A stretch of DNA of 64,000 nt from Alphaproteobacteria bacterium (GTDB lineage: Bacteria; Pseudomonadota; Alphaproteobacteria; Caulobacterales; Aquidulcibacteraceae): NCBI GenBank assembly GCA_016124255.1, contig WGOB01000012.1, positions 54,682 to 118,681 of the forward strand, given 5' to 3'. This document shows positions 37,458 to 48,252 of the stretch, piece by piece (within the stretch, counting starts at the first letter, position 1; each line of letters starts with the position of its first letter). A program made the position numbers and the translations under genes. The notes under the pieces are model-generated. The model was not told where the DNA came from and searched no databases. It was given only the letters and a program-made list of their open reading frames with translations.

Positions 37458-40103
37458 ATGTCCCGCTACAATCACCGCGAAGTCGAACAGAAATGGCGCG
37501 CCCGCTGGGATGGCGCTCAGCTCTATCGCGCGCTTGAACCGCACGAGGCCGGCGACCGGCCGAAGGCGTACGTCCTGGAGATGTTTCCCTACCCGTCGGG
37601 GCGGATCCATGTGGGGCACTCGCGCAATTACGCGATGGGCGACGTGACAGCGCGCTTCCGCCGGGCGCAGGGCTACAACGTCCTGCACCCAATGGGCTGG
37701 GACGCGTTCGGGCTGCCGGCGGAGAACGCCGCGATGGACCGCGGCGCGCACCCGCGCGACTGGACGCTGGCGAACATCGAAACGATGAAGGAGCAGCTGA
37801 AGCTGCTCGGCGTCGCGATCGATTGGGAGCGCGAGATCGCGACATGCGATCCGGCCTATTACACGCACCAGCAGGCGATGTTCCTGGCGTTCTGGAAGAA
37901 GGGCCTGGTCGCGCGGCGCAAGCAGAAGGTGAATTGGGATCCGGTCGACCAGACGGTCCTGGCGAACGAACAGGTCGTCGACGGGCGGGGCTGGCGCTCG
38001 GGCGCGGCAGTGGAGACGCGCGAGCTCGACCAATGGGTGCTGCGCGTTACGGCGTATGCGGACGATCTGCTCGAGGCGATCGGAGGCCTGGAGAAATGGC
38101 CGGACAAAGTGCGGCTGATGCAGGCGAACTGGATCGGCAAGAGCCAGGGCGCGAAGGTGTGGTGGCCAATCGCGACCGTGCCCGACGAGATGGAGCACGA
38201 CACGGCGGACGCGTCGGGGCGCAGCCATGCGCGCGATCCGATCGAGGTCTATACGACGCGCCCGGACACGCTGTTCGGCGCGAGTTTTTTGGCGTTGGCG
38301 CCGGACCATCCGCTGACAAAACACGTCGCGCGATTCCGCCCCGACGTGGCGCAGTTCATGGCCGATTGCGCCGCGCTGGGCACGAGCGAGGCGGATATCG
38401 AAAAGGCCGAGAAAGTCGGCGTCGATCTTGGCATCCGCGTCAAGCACCCGTTCGATGAGTCCTGGGAATTGCCGGTGTGGGCGGCGAATTTCGTCTTGTC
38501 GTCCTACGGGACGGGCGCGATTTTCGGATCGCCGGCAGGCGATCAGCGCGACCTCGACTTCGCCAACAAGTACAAGCTCCCGTACGCGATCGTGGTGCTG
38601 CCGCCGGGGGAGAACCCCGATCTGCACACGATCACAGACACGGCCTTCACCGGGCATGGAATCGCCTACAATTCCCGCTTCCTCGATGGTCTGCCTACGG
38701 AAGAAGCGATCCCGCGCGCGATCGCGGAATTGAAGAAGCGCGGCGCGGGCGAAGCGCATACGCAATACCGGCTGCGCGATTGGGGCGTATCGCGGCAGCG
38801 CTATTGGGGCTGCCCGATCCCGGTGATCCATTGCGCTGATTGCGGGCCTGTGGCCGTGGCGGCGAAGGATCTCCCGGTCGAGCTGCCGTGCGACGTGCGC
38901 TTCGATCAGCCAGGCAATCCGCTCGATCGGCACCCGACGTGGAAACATGTGAAATGCCCGGACTGCGGCAAGGATGCGGTGCGCGAGACCGACACGCTCG
39001 ACACGTTCGTGGATTCGTCGTGGTATTTCTGCCGCTTCACCGATCCGCACAATTCCAAGAAGCCGTTCGACAAGAAGAAGGCGGCGTATTGGCTGCCGGT
39101 CGATCAATATGTCGGCGGCGTCGAGCACGCGGTGCTGCACCTGCTCTATTCGCGTTTCTTTGCGCGGGCGATGCGCGATTGCGGCTATCTCGATCTGAAG
39201 AGCGGCGAGCCGTTCGCGAGCCTGTTCACGCAGGGCATGGTCGTCCACGAGACGTACAAGGTGACGGCGGACGGGCGTTGGATCGGGCCCGATGAGATCG
39301 AGCAGCGCGACGGCGTCGTCGTAGAGTCTGCGACTGGGCAACAGGTCGAAGTCGGCTCGATCGAGAAGATGTCGAAGTCGAAGAAGAACGTCGTCGATCT
39401 GACGGGCTTCGTGGAGGATTACGGGGCGGATGTTGCGCGGTGGTTCGTGCTTTCGGATTCGCCGCCGGAGCGGGACGTGGAATGGACGGCCGGGGGCGTG
39501 GAAGGCGCATGGCGGTTCGTGCAGCGGGTCTGGGCCGCGGTCGAAGCGCATGGGCAGCCGGCGCCGAACGCTGGCGAGACTCCTCCTCCGGGTACGGACG
39601 ATGGCGGGGAAGCTTTGGCGCTGCGCCAAGCCGCGCACCGCGCGCTCAAGGGCGTGACCGGCGATATCGAGGGCTTCCGGTTCAATGTCGCGGTGGCGCG
39701 CTGCTACGAGCTGATGAACACGATCGCCAAGGCGAAGGCGGCGAACGATCCCGCGGTGATGTGGGCGCGCGGCGAAGCGCTGACGATTCTGGTTCAATGC
39801 ATCGCGCCGTTCATGCCGCACCTGGCGGAGGAATGCTGGGAGACGCTGGGCCAGGACGGCTTCGTCGCAAGCGCTGCGTGGCCCGCGGCCGATCCGGCGC
39901 TGACGGCGGAGACGACCGTGAGGCTGCCCGTCCAGGTGAACGGCAAACGGCGGGCGGAGATCGTCGCCGCCAAGGGGCTCGGCGAGGACGAGGTGAAGGC
40001 GCTGGCGCTCGGCCACGAGCAGGTCGCGGCCTTCCTGAAAGGCCTCACTGTCCGCAAAGTCATTGTCGTTCCGGACCGGATCGTGAATATCGTTGCGCAA
40101 TGA
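37458..40103 (+). CDS. leuS: Leucine--tRNA ligase
   Basis: 881-aa ORF with [11 protein letters not shown] (HIGH) and KMSKSKKN (KMSKS). Confidence 0.98.
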   Translation: MSRYNHREVEQKWRARWDGAQLYRALEPHEAGDRPKAYVLEMFPYPSGRIHVGHSRNYAMGDVTARFRRAQGYNVLHPMGWDAFGLPAENAAMDRGAHPRDWTLANIETMKEQLKLLGVAIDWEREIATCDPAYYTHQQAMFLAFWKKGLVARRKQKVNWDPVDQTVLANEQVVDGRGWRSGAAVETRELDQWVLRVTAYADDLLEAIGGLEKWPDKVRLMQANWIGKSQGAKVWWPIATVPDEMEHDTADASGRSHARDPIEVYTTRPDTLFGASFLALAPDHPLTKHVARFRPDVAQFMADCAALGTSEADIEKAEKVGVDLGIRVKHPFDESWELPVWAANFVLSSYGTGAIFGSPAGDQRDLDFANKYKLPYAIVVLPPGENPDLHTITDTAFTGHGIAYNSRFLDGLPTEEAIPRAIAELKKRGAGEAHTQYRLRDWGVSRQRYWGCPIPVIHCADCGPVAVAAKDLPVELPCDVRFDQPGNPLDRHPTWKHVKCPDCGKDAVRETDTLDTFVDSSWYFCRFTDPHNSKKPFDKKKAAYWLPVDQYVGGVEHAVLHLLYSRFFARAMRDCGYLDLKSGEPFASLFTQGMVVHETYKVTADGRWIGPDEIEQRDGVVVESATGQQVEVGSIEKMSKSKKNVVDLTGFVEDYGADVARWFVLSDSPPERDVEWTAGGVEGAWRFVQRVWAAVEAHGQPAPNAGETPPPGTDDGGEALALRQAAHRALKGVTGDIEGFRFNVAVARCYELMNTIAKAKAANDPAVMWARGEALTILVQCIAPFMPHLAEECWETLGQDGFVASAAWPAADPALTAETTVRLPVQVNGKRRAEIVAAKGLGEDEVKALALGHEQVAAFLKGLTVRKVIVVPDRIVNIVAQ

Positions 40104-40621
40104 GCGGCCAAGCGGGAGCTTTCATGCGGGGGATCGTGATCGCGTTTGCGGCGCTGGCGGCGGGGCTGGTCTCGGCGTGCGGGTTCCAGCCGCTCTATGC
40201 GCCGCCGCCGGCCAACGGCGCGCCCGGCGGGGCGGTGATCGGGGCGGTCGACATCCCCATGATCGAGGGCAAGGCCGGGCACGTGCTGCGCACGGAGCTC
40301 GACCGGCTGCTCTCGGTGGAGCGCGGATCCGGGACGGCGCAGCGGCTGGAGGTCGCGCTCTGGGAGCGCGTGGACCGGCTGGGCATCCGGGTTGATGAAT
40401 CGGCGTCGCGGGCGGATCTGCACCTCACGGCGCGCTACACGCTGACGCCGACCAACGGGCGCGCCGTCCGCGGCACGGTGCGGACGGTGGCGACCTACCA
40501 AATCCCGACGGCGGCGTTCGCCGAGATCGCGGCGCAGGACGACGCCCGCGAGCGCGCGGCTGAAACGCTGGCGCGGATGATCCGCGCCGACCTTGCGCTG
40601 CGGCTGGCGGAACGGCGCTAG
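40100..40621 (+). CDS. lptE: LPS-assembly lipoprotein LptE
   Basis: ATGA overlap with leuS. Lipobox [11 protein letters not shown]. leuS-lptE-holA synteny. Confidence 0.85.
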   Translation: MSGQAGAFMRGIVIAFAALAAGLVSACGFQPLYAPPPANGAPGGAVIGAVDIPMIEGKAGHVLRTELDRLLSVERGSGTAQRLEVALWERVDRLGIRVDESASRADLHLTARYTLTPTNGRAVRGTVRTVATYQIPTAAFAEIAAQDDARERAAETLARMIRADLALRLAERR

Positions 40622-41650
40622 ATGAAGCTCGCGGCGGCCGCGGCGCGCCGGTTCGTCGACAAGCCGGATGGACGCGCGGCGCTGGTCTATGGGCCAAATC
40701 GCGCTGCGGCGAACGATGCGGCGCGGGCGATCGCGGCGGCGCTGGTGAGGGGCGGCGATGATCCGTACGCCCTCACAAAGCTCTCCGAAGACGAGATCAA
40801 GAAGGACAAGGCCGCGCTCGGCGATGCGCTGGCGGCGCAATCGCTGCTGGGGGATGTGCGCCTGGTGTGGGCGCGAATCGAAGGGGCCGGCGCTGACGAT
40901 GCGATTCTCGCGGCGCTTGGCGACATCGAGGGCGGCGCGGCGCTGACGTTTCTCCTGGTGGAAGCCGGCGATCTCGGCGGCGGCGCCAAAATGGTGAAGG
41001 CGTTCGAGGCGGCGAAGAGCGCAGCCGCGATGGCGTTCTATGACGACTCCGAGGCCGAGCGTGGGCAATTCGCGCGCGGGCTGTTGAAGGACGAAGGCGT
41101 GACGCTCACGCGCGAAGCAGGCGAAGCGCTGATCGATCTCCTGCCGGCCGATCGCGGGCTGATCCGGCGCGAAGTGGAGAAGATTGCGGCGTTCGCGCAC
41201 GGGCGCGCCGAACCGATGGGGCTGGACGATCTGACCACCCTCCTCCCGGACGCCGGCTACTCCGCGCTCGACGAGGCGGTAAGCGCGGCGACGGACGGGC
41301 GCGGGGCGGCGGCGATGGAAGCGCTGGCGCGGATCGACGCGCTGTCCGGGGTCTCCGCGATCAAGGCGCTGGAGCGCAAATTGATGCGGCTCCTGGAAGC
41401 GCGCGGACACATGGACCGCGGCGCGTCTCCAATCGACGCGGCGGGGAAGCTGCGGCCGCCGGTGTTCTGGAAAGAGCGCGATGCGTTCCAGGCGCAATTG
41501 CGCGCGTGGAGCACGCCGCGGATTCTGCGTGCGCTCGACGCGCTCTGGGCGGCGGAAATCGCGGCGAAGAGCGCGCAGAGCCCGCAGGCGCTCCTGGCCG
41601 CGGACGCGTTCCAGAAGGTGAGCGGTCTCTTGAGCGCGCAAGCGCCGTAA
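40622..41650 (+). CDS. holA: DNA polymerase III subunit delta
   Basis: 342-aa ORF directly after lptE. The N-terminal ALVYGPN pattern and the synteny fit holA. Confidence 0.85.
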   Translation: MKLAAAAARRFVDKPDGRAALVYGPNRAAANDAARAIAAALVRGGDDPYALTKLSEDEIKKDKAALGDALAAQSLLGDVRLVWARIEGAGADDAILAALGDIEGGAALTFLLVEAGDLGGGAKMVKAFEAAKSAAAMAFYDDSEAERGQFARGLLKDEGVTLTREAGEALIDLLPADRGLIRREVEKIAAFAHGRAEPMGLDDLTTLLPDAGYSALDEAVSAATDGRGAAAMEALARIDALSGVSAIKALERKLMRLLEARGHMDRGASPIDAAGKLRPPVFWKERDAFQAQLRAWSTPRILRALDALWAAEIAAKSAQSPQALLAADAFQKVSGLLSAQAP

Positions 41651-41742
41651 CGGAGACCCGGTCGTGGAGGCGCGCGATTCGCCGGCGCCGGCCTGCGCGC
41701 ACATGTGGGAATCGCTCCGTGATCCACGGTGCGGTTTGAGGA

Positions 41743-42165
41743 GTGCTCATGGCGGTTTCGCTCAACCACACGATCGTTCATGCGCGGGACAAGGACGCGA
41801 CGGCGCGATTTCTGACGGCGCTGCTGGGGCTTCCCGCGCACAGAAACCTGGCGCATTTCGCGGTGGTGCAGGTCGGCGAAACGTCGCTCGACTTTATTGA
41901 GACGCAGGGGCCGATCGTGTCGCGGCACTTTGCGTTTCTCGTGAGCGACGCGGAGTTCGACGCGATCTTCACGCGGATCACAGCGCGCGGCCTCTCCTAT
42001 TGGGCCGATCCGTTCCATCGCGAGCCCCGCGCGATCAATCATTGGGACGATGGGCGCGGGGTCTATTTCGACGATCCCAACGGACATCTGCTCGAAGTGA
42101 TCACGCGCGCGTATGGCAGCGGCGGACTCGATGCGACACACGTCAACCCGCTGCTACGGCGCTAG
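41743..42165 (+). CDS. VOC-family (glyoxalase-like) protein
   Basis: LNHTIVHARDKDATARFL...HFAFLVSDAEFD...YFDDPNGHLLEVI. Confidence 0.75.
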   Translation: MLMAVSLNHTIVHARDKDATARFLTALLGLPAHRNLAHFAVVQVGETSLDFIETQGPIVSRHFAFLVSDAEFDAIFTRITARGLSYWADPFHREPRAINHWDDGRGVYFDDPNGHLLEVITRAYGSGGLDATHVNPLLRR

Positions 42166-42234
42166 GCGTGCGCTGGCGACCGCGCGGAACGGCTTTCCGC
42201 ACGGCGTTTTCTCGCGATGTGGACGATGGCGGGC

Positions 42235-42762
42235 CTAGGAGGAATCGGCGAAGCGCGGCGGCGGCGGCGGCGCGCGTTCAATCGGCAGCGACGAAGGCGG
42301 ACGCGTCATCACAGGGGTGACGAGCGGGAGAAATCCGCGCTTCAAACGCTTGAGCAGGCGCGCCGCGAGAGCATCGATGCGCGTGTGGACGGCGCGCAGC
42401 GCCGCGATGCGCGCGGCAAGGCCAAGCGCGGGGCGGCGGACGTCGCGGCGGATGGGGCCGTAGAGAATGCGCGCGATGCGCCGGCCGCGCCGCTGCAGCC
42501 GCGCCCCGTTGCGGCGATCATGGAGACGCATCGCCAGCGGGCGCATCTTGAACGACCCATGCGCATGGATCGCGCGCCAAGCGACGACGCCGAGGATAGC
42601 CTGTTCGATGACGCTGAGGCGGCGCTGCACCAGGGCGCGGACGGCGGCATCGGCCTCCAGGACGCCGCCGATCAACGGCAGCGCCTGCACCAGCCACGCA
42701 AGCCACAGCTGCGCCCAGAGGGCGAGACGGGTGATGCGGGCGGGTGTCGGCGGCGCGGACAT
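42235..42762 (-). CDS. Hypothetical protein with N-terminal hydrophobic helix
   Basis: 175-aa ORF. GC-rich third positions in this frame. The competing plus-strand ORF is Arg-rich low complexity. Confidence 0.5.
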   Translation of the reverse strand: MSAPPTPARITRLALWAQLWLAWLVQALPLIGGVLEADAAVRALVQRRLSVIEQAILGVVAWRAIHAHGSFKMRPLAMRLHDRRNGARLQRRGRRIARILYGPIRRDVRRPALGLAARIAALRAVHTRIDALAARLLKRLKRGFLPLVTPVMTRPPSSLPIERAPPPPPRFADSS

Positions 42763-42929
42763 GGGCGCTCCGATCGTCGCACGCGGCGCAGCCGGTCTGA
42801 TCCGCCCTGCCCTATCCGCGGTGTTGCGGGAGGAATCGGTGGCAGGGCCGAGATGTCGGCGGCGGCGGCTCTTTGCCGGGAGCGGACATTCGGCTCAAAT
42901 CGGAGTAAGATTTTCAGCTTCAGGTCTCG

Positions 42930-43928
42930 GTGCGCTTTATGACCGCTGTTGCGTCGACGCTTCACGTCGTTTCGGGCGACTCCGGCGCGGCCGGCATCAA
43001 GGAAGCCTTCGGACTCACACCTGACCTGGTGCTCATTCAACGAGACCCGGTGTCCTATGGTCCTGCGCCACAGACGAGCGACCTCCGCGAATGGCGCGCC
43101 ATCCGAGAACAATTCCTAAAAGGGATTCATCCGCGATTTCCGGACTTTTCGTTCGATGAGTGGAAACAAGACGACCTAATCCTCAACTTCAGTCGTCTAA
43201 ATGCAGCGCCAATGATTGTCGCGTGGCTTGGCGAGGGAACGGCAGATCAACTGTTCGCAGCTTGGCTCATTCACTACCTGCGCGCCACACAGTGCGACTT
43301 GGCAAAGTTGCATTTCGTCACCTTTGCGCGCGGCTCGTGGCGAAGCATCCTGAGCGCCGGTGAGCTATCCGCTGAACAGATTCGTGAGCTTGCATCGGGA
43401 CCAGTCCCAGCGGCTGCTGAGCAAGCTGACGAATTGGCCCTCGTTTGGCAAAGCTACTCTTCAGACAACCCTCGTGCGTTGGCGACATATCTGGATACCC
43501 ACGCTGGTCCGTTGCGTGACGCCATTGCGCCGATCTTGATGCGCTATCCGGAGGTGAAGTCCGGCCTCGGGTTTTGGGATCGGCTGTTGCTGGAAAACGC
43601 TCGGGACCACGGTCCCAAACTAGCAAGGGCGATCGGGAACACGATGATCCCGATTCAACCAGAAAACTATCTCGACTCTGTGGGCGACGGCTTCTTGTTT
43701 GACCGAGCCATTCGGATGTCATCGCCACTCGCCGCGCGGCCCCTCATTTCAGTCTGCGGCAACCGCCAAGAGATGCGGGCTTGCACGGTCGCGCTCACTG
43801 AAGACGGCGTCGGCGTGTTGGCGGCAGAGAGAAATGCCGTTCAGCTTAACGGGATCGATGATTGGATCGGCGGCGTGCATCTGACGCCTAGTACGGTTGT
43901 CTTTCGAGATGAAGCGCGGCTGATCTAG
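42930..43928 (+). CDS. DUF1835/DUF3658-like hypothetical protein
   Basis: 332-aa ORF in a visibly AT-richer stretch. N-terminus LHVVSGDSGAAGIKEAF resembles DUF1835 (recalled, not verified). Confidence 0.6.
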   Translation: MRFMTAVASTLHVVSGDSGAAGIKEAFGLTPDLVLIQRDPVSYGPAPQTSDLREWRAIREQFLKGIHPRFPDFSFDEWKQDDLILNFSRLNAAPMIVAWLGEGTADQLFAAWLIHYLRATQCDLAKLHFVTFARGSWRSILSAGELSAEQIRELASGPVPAAAEQADELALVWQSYSSDNPRALATYLDTHAGPLRDAIAPILMRYPEVKSGLGFWDRLLLENARDHGPKLARAIGNTMIPIQPENYLDSVGDGFLFDRAIRMSSPLAARPLISVCGNRQEMRACTVALTEDGVGVLAAERNAVQLNGIDDWIGGVHLTPSTVVFRDEARLI

Positions 43929-43987
43929 CCGGTCACCCGACAATGTCCGCCTTGGGGCCAGAGGCGGACCATGGCGCGCCTCGCGGC

Positions 43988-44100
43988 GTCATTCCAGACG
44001 CGCACAGCGCGATCGGGAAACGCAGGTGATCGAAGGGCGCGGCGTGAGCCCCTGGATTCCGAGTTCGCCCCGGATCAAGTCCGGGGCGCCCCGGAATGAC
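43988..44100. repeat. REP/MITE-like palindromic element, copy (113 bp)
   Basis: GTCATTCCAGACGCGCACAGCGCGATCGGGAAAC...CCGGGGCGCCCCGGAATGAC. Intergenic. Confidence 0.8.
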
Positions 44101-44224
44101 GGACTCTCTGGGTTGCGGGCTCAACGCCAAGAGTGACGCGGGTCACGGCGGGCGGGGGCGGGCGGCTCTAGGGTTGGTTCATCGCAGAGACGCGATGCGC
44201 TGACAAACACCTGGAGCTGAGCCA

Positions 44225-44317
44225 ATGACCCGCATGTTCTCCCTGATCGCCGCCGCGTTCGTGGTCGCCGCCGTCGCCGCGCCCGTGCTGATGCAGGCCT
44301 CGCGGATCGTCGCGTAA
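44225..44317 (+). CDS. 30-aa hydrophobic peptide
   Basis: GGAG-N8-ATG, then MTRMFSLIAAAFVVAAVAAPVLMQASRIVA-stop. Followed by its own terminator. Confidence 0.45.
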   Translation: MTRMFSLIAAAFVVAAVAAPVLMQASRIVA

Positions 44318-44342
44318 GCCCGACGCTTCAATGCGACCACGA

Positions 44343-44375
44343 ACGGCGCGTCTTCGGACGCGCCGTTTGTGTTTT
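44343..44375 (+). terminator. Intrinsic terminator
   Basis: ACGGCGCGTC-TTCG-GACGCGCCGT followed by TTGTGTTTT. Confidence 0.75.
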
Positions 44376-44430
44376 GCGCTTTTCGGAACTGAGCGCGGCC
44401 CTCCTGCATTCCTTGCTGGAGGAGCGTGCA

Positions 44431-44505
44431 ATGAATTCGATCATCTATCTCGTCGGCCTGATCGTGATCGTGCTGGCGATCCTTTCGTTTCTCGGCATTC
44501 GATAG
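44431..44505 (+). CDS. 24-aa single-TM peptide
   Basis: GGAGGAG-N5-ATG, then MNSIIYLVGLIVIVLAILSFLGIR-stop. Confidence 0.55.
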   Translation: MNSIIYLVGLIVIVLAILSFLGIR

Positions 44506-44514
44506 GACGCGCGC

Positions 44515-45216
44515 ATGGATTCCGCCTCGTCGTATTCGGCGCGCAGCATTGTCGATTGGGGCGCCGCGTTCGCCGGCGGCGCGATCGCGACCGGCATCGC
44601 GCTTGTGCTGCTGGCGTTCGGCGCAGCGCTGGGGCTGAGCGTTGCATCGCCGTATGAAGGCGAAGGGCTTTCGCCGGCGGCGTTTGCGATCGCAGCGGGG
44701 CTTTATCTGCTCTGGGTGCAGCTGATGAGTTTCGGCGTCGGCGGGTATGTCGCCGGGCGCCTGCGGCCGCGCAGCGGCGAAGCAACGGAACACGAGGTCG
44801 ATACGCGCGATGCGCTGCATGGGCTCCTGGTGTGGGCGCTGGGCGTGATCGCGGCGGCGGCGATTGCGACGGCGAGCCTCGGCGGCGCGGGCGCCGCGGC
44901 GCGCGCGGCGGAGGCGCGCAGCGAGATCGCCGCGAGCATCAGCGACGTCGCCGATGAAGCGATCGCGGAAAGCGCGGCGGAGGAAGCGGCGACAAACCCG
45001 GACGCGGCAGCGGCCGCCGTCGATGCGCGGCGCGCCGAGATCGCGCGCAAGTTCACGGTGATTTCGGCGTTCATCGCGGCGGCGTCGCTGCTTGCGGGCG
45101 CAGTCGCGGCGATTTTCGCGGCGGGCCTCGGCGGGCGGCACCGCGATCAAAACACGCTGGTTGGATTCTTCGTGCTGCGACCGAGCGCTGCGCCGAAGAC
45201 GACGCCGGCGCCTTAA
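44515..45216 (+). CDS. Hypothetical multi-pass membrane protein
   Basis: 233-aa ORF with Ala/Gly-rich TM segments and a central acidic Ala-rich helix. Confidence 0.6.
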   Translation: MDSASSYSARSIVDWGAAFAGGAIATGIALVLLAFGAALGLSVASPYEGEGLSPAAFAIAAGLYLLWVQLMSFGVGGYVAGRLRPRSGEATEHEVDTRDALHGLLVWALGVIAAAAIATASLGGAGAAARAAEARSEIAASISDVADEAIAESAAEEAATNPDAAAAAVDARRAEIARKFTVISAFIAAASLLAGAVAAIFAAGLGGRHRDQNTLVGFFVLRPSAAPKTTPAP

Positions 45217-45231
45217 CCCAGGAGACGCGCA

Positions 45232-45312
45232 ATGCGATCGATTTTCCTTTGGCTCATCGGCATTCCGCTGCCGATCATTCTGCTGCTCGCGTTCTGCACG
45301 GGCGAGTTCTAG
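45232..45312 (+). CDS. 26-aa single-TM peptide
   Basis: AGGAG-N7-ATG, then MRSIFLWLIGIPLPIILLLAFCTGEF-stop. Confidence 0.5.
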   Translation: MRSIFLWLIGIPLPIILLLAFCTGEF

Positions 45313-45361
45313 AGCCTTTGCGACCTGATTGGATCAGGTCTCCACTTAAGCGGACATTGCT

Positions 45362-46399
45362 CTAGAAGCTCGATGGCTTGGCGGCGGTGATGCGGCGGGC
45401 GATCTCGTCGAGCTGTTCGAGCGTCTTGTAGGCGATCTTCACCTCGCCGGCGCCGTCCTTGTCGGCGATCAGCACTTCAAGACCGAGCGCTTCGGAGAGC
45501 CGGCGCTCCATGGCGATGGTGTCGGCATCCTTGCCGGCCCCTCCTCCCCCGCTCGTGCGCGGGCCGTCCTTCGCATCTTTCGCGGCCTGCGCAATGCGTT
45601 CGATCTCGCGGACGTTCAATTGCTCGCGGATGGCCTTCAGCGCCAATTCCATCGGATCGGGCGCGGTGAGGATTGCGCGGGCGTGTCCGGCGGACAGGCG
45701 TCCGTCGCGCACCATGTCCTGGATGTCGCCGGAGAGGCTCAGCAAACGCAGCATGTTGGCGACGTGCGGGCGCGACTTGCCGACGACGTCGGCGACGTCC
45801 TGCTGGGTGCGGCCGAAGCGATCCATCAGCGCCTGGTAGCCCTGCGCTTCTTCGATCGGATTCAGATCGGCGCGCTGCACGTTCTCGATGATGCCGATCT
45901 CAAGGATTTCGGTGTCGTCGAGTTCGCGGATGACCGCGGGGATGACGTGGAGGCTCGCCTTCTGCGCGGCGCGCCAGCGGCGCTCGCCGGCGACGATCTC
46001 GTAGCGGCCGGGGTGGTTGGGCAGCGGACGCACGAGGATGGGCTGCAGCACGCCGTGGGTGCGGATCGAGTCCGCGAGCTCTTCGAGTTCGCGCTCGTCG
46101 AAATGCTTGCGCGGCTGATCGGGGTTGCGCTGGATCAGCTCGATGGCGATGCCGCGGGGCGTCGGCTCCAGCGAGGCCGTCGGCGGCGCGGGCTGCGGGG
46201 CCTGGTGGGCGGACGGGAGCTCGACAACGTTGGGGGCCGGATTGGCCGCCGGCGAAGGCGGCGTCTCCTGAACCGGCGGGGCCGGCGGAATCCAGGCGCT
46301 GGGCTTCGGCGGCTCGGCGGGGCGCTGGAAGTCGGTCGTGCGCACGGGTTCGCCCAAGAGCGCCGACAGCCCCCGCCCCAGTCCTCGCCGTTCGCTCAT
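45362..46399 (-). CDS. parB: Chromosome partitioning protein ParB
   Basis: Trimmed from ORF 45362..47017 to the ATG at 46399. Carries MSERRGLGRGLSALL, GVLQPILVRP, IVAGERRWRAA and the HTH QQDVADVVGKSRPHVANMLRLL. Confidence 0.95.
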   Translation of the reverse strand: MSERRGLGRGLSALLGEPVRTTDFQRPAEPPKPSAWIPPAPPVQETPPSPAANPAPNVVELPSAHQAPQPAPPTASLEPTPRGIAIELIQRNPDQPRKHFDERELEELADSIRTHGVLQPILVRPLPNHPGRYEIVAGERRWRAAQKASLHVIPAVIRELDDTEILEIGIIENVQRADLNPIEEAQGYQALMDRFGRTQQDVADVVGKSRPHVANMLRLLSLSGDIQDMVRDGRLSAGHARAILTAPDPMELALKAIREQLNVREIERIAQAAKDAKDGPRTSGGGGAGKDADTIAMERRLSEALGLEVLIADKDGAGEVKIAYKTLEQLDEIARRITAAKPSSF

Positions 46400-46608
46400 G
46401 ACGTCTGCTCCCGCCCAGCTTGATTCGTGGAATCCACAGTAGTGCTGGGTAGTTCTTGCCGAGTTCCTAATGATCGCTTGACTTGGCGGGGACTCAAGCC
46501 CCTGCCCTGCTGATTGAATCGACTCTGGTTTTTTGGGGGTAGCGCCGGGTAGCGCCCCCTCCCCTCCGCTGCGCGGACACTCCGCTCGTGAACGGGGGAG
46601 AAGCCGCG

Positions 46609-47400
<792 letters not shown>

Positions 47401-47425
47401 GGACCCCTCTCCTTCCGATGCGGCG

Positions 47426-48124
47426 CTACCGCCGCTTCCGAATCCGTACGATGCGGGCGCGGGGATCGCTCACGCTCTCCGCCACGTCCGCTTCCCAGAC
47501 GTCGCCTTCCGGGCCTTCGAACACTCCACCCTGATCGGAGAAACCGGCGGCCTGAAGCTCGGATCCATAGTCCGCGCCCTTGGGGAACAGGCCCAGAGCG
47601 CCCCGGTCGAGCCAGGGTCTGGCATGGGCGATGAGTCGCGGCAAGGGCGCGAGGGCGCGGGCGGTGACCGCGTCATAGGTTTGCTGGGGATCATGGGATT
47701 CGAGCTTTCCGTGGATGACTCGCGCCTGGACGCCCATGGCGCGGGCCGCTTCGCGGAGGAAGGCGGCTTTCTTGGCGTTCTGCTCGACCAGGTCGACGCG
47801 GCATGGCCCCTCTTCCGCCGCGAGGACGGCGGCGATGGCGAGGCCGGGGAAGCCGGCGCCTGAGCCCAAGTCGAGCCAGATGCGCGCCTCGGGGGCGAGG
47901 CGCCGGAGCTGGGCGCAGTCGAGGGCGTGGCGGGACCAGTAGTGCGCCAGTTCGTCGGGGCCGATCAGGTTGATGCGCCGGGCCCAAGCGGCGAGCAGCG
48001 CGCGATGGGTTTCCAGCCGTTCAAGCGTTTCCCGTGAAACGCCGAGATCGATTCGGAGGCGATCCGAAGAGTCAGCCGTCACGCCGATGCGCCTTTGCAC
48101 CCGCCCGCCCACGCCGTCCGTCAT
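47426..48124 (-). CDS. rsmG: 16S rRNA (guanine527-N7)-methyltransferase
   Basis: VSRETLERLE, WLDLGSGAGFPGL and the position between mnmG and parA. The exact start is uncertain. Confidence 0.9.
   Translation of the reverse strand: MTDGVGGRVQRRIGVTADSSDRLRIDLGVSRETLERLETHRALLAAWARRINLIGPDELAHYWSRHALDCAQLRRLAPEARIWLDLGSGAGFPGLAIAAVLAAEEGPCRVDLVEQNAKKAAFLREAARAMGVQARVIHGKLESHDPQQTYDAVTARALAPLPRLIAHARPWLDRGALGLFPKGADYGSELQAAGFSDQGGVFEGPEGDVWEADVAESVSDPRARIVRIRKRR
48025..48040. promoter_or_regulatory. parS-like site (one central mismatch), inside rsmG
   Basis: CGTTTCCCGTGAAACG against canonical TGTTTCACGTGAAACA. It encodes the VSRET motif of RsmG. Confidence 0.4.
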
Positions 48125-48221
48125 TCCGGGCGAGCGGAGCGAGACCCGGAAGCCAGGGGCCTGCGAAGCGCCCCTCGATCACATGGGTTCCGGATCGGCC
48201 TTTTAGGCCGTCCGGAATGAC
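48120..48221. repeat. REP/MITE-like palindromic element, copy (102 bp)
   Basis: GTCATTCCGGGCGAGCGGAGCGAGACCCGGAAGCC...GGGTTCCGGATCGGCCTTTTAGGCCGTCCGGAATGAC. Lies in the mnmG-rsmG intergenic region, with its first nucleotides overlapping the longest rsmG ORF start. Confidence 0.85.
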
Positions 48222-48252
48222 GGGAGCTTGGAACGCGATCATCGAACGGGGG

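Noticed and set aside
37209-40100. 963-aa minus-strand ORF opposite leuS, and the 636-aa ORF at 39794..41704 opposite lptE/holA
   Set aside because: Both are antisense shadows of LeuRS (HIGH and KMSKS present on the plus strand) and of lptE/holA.
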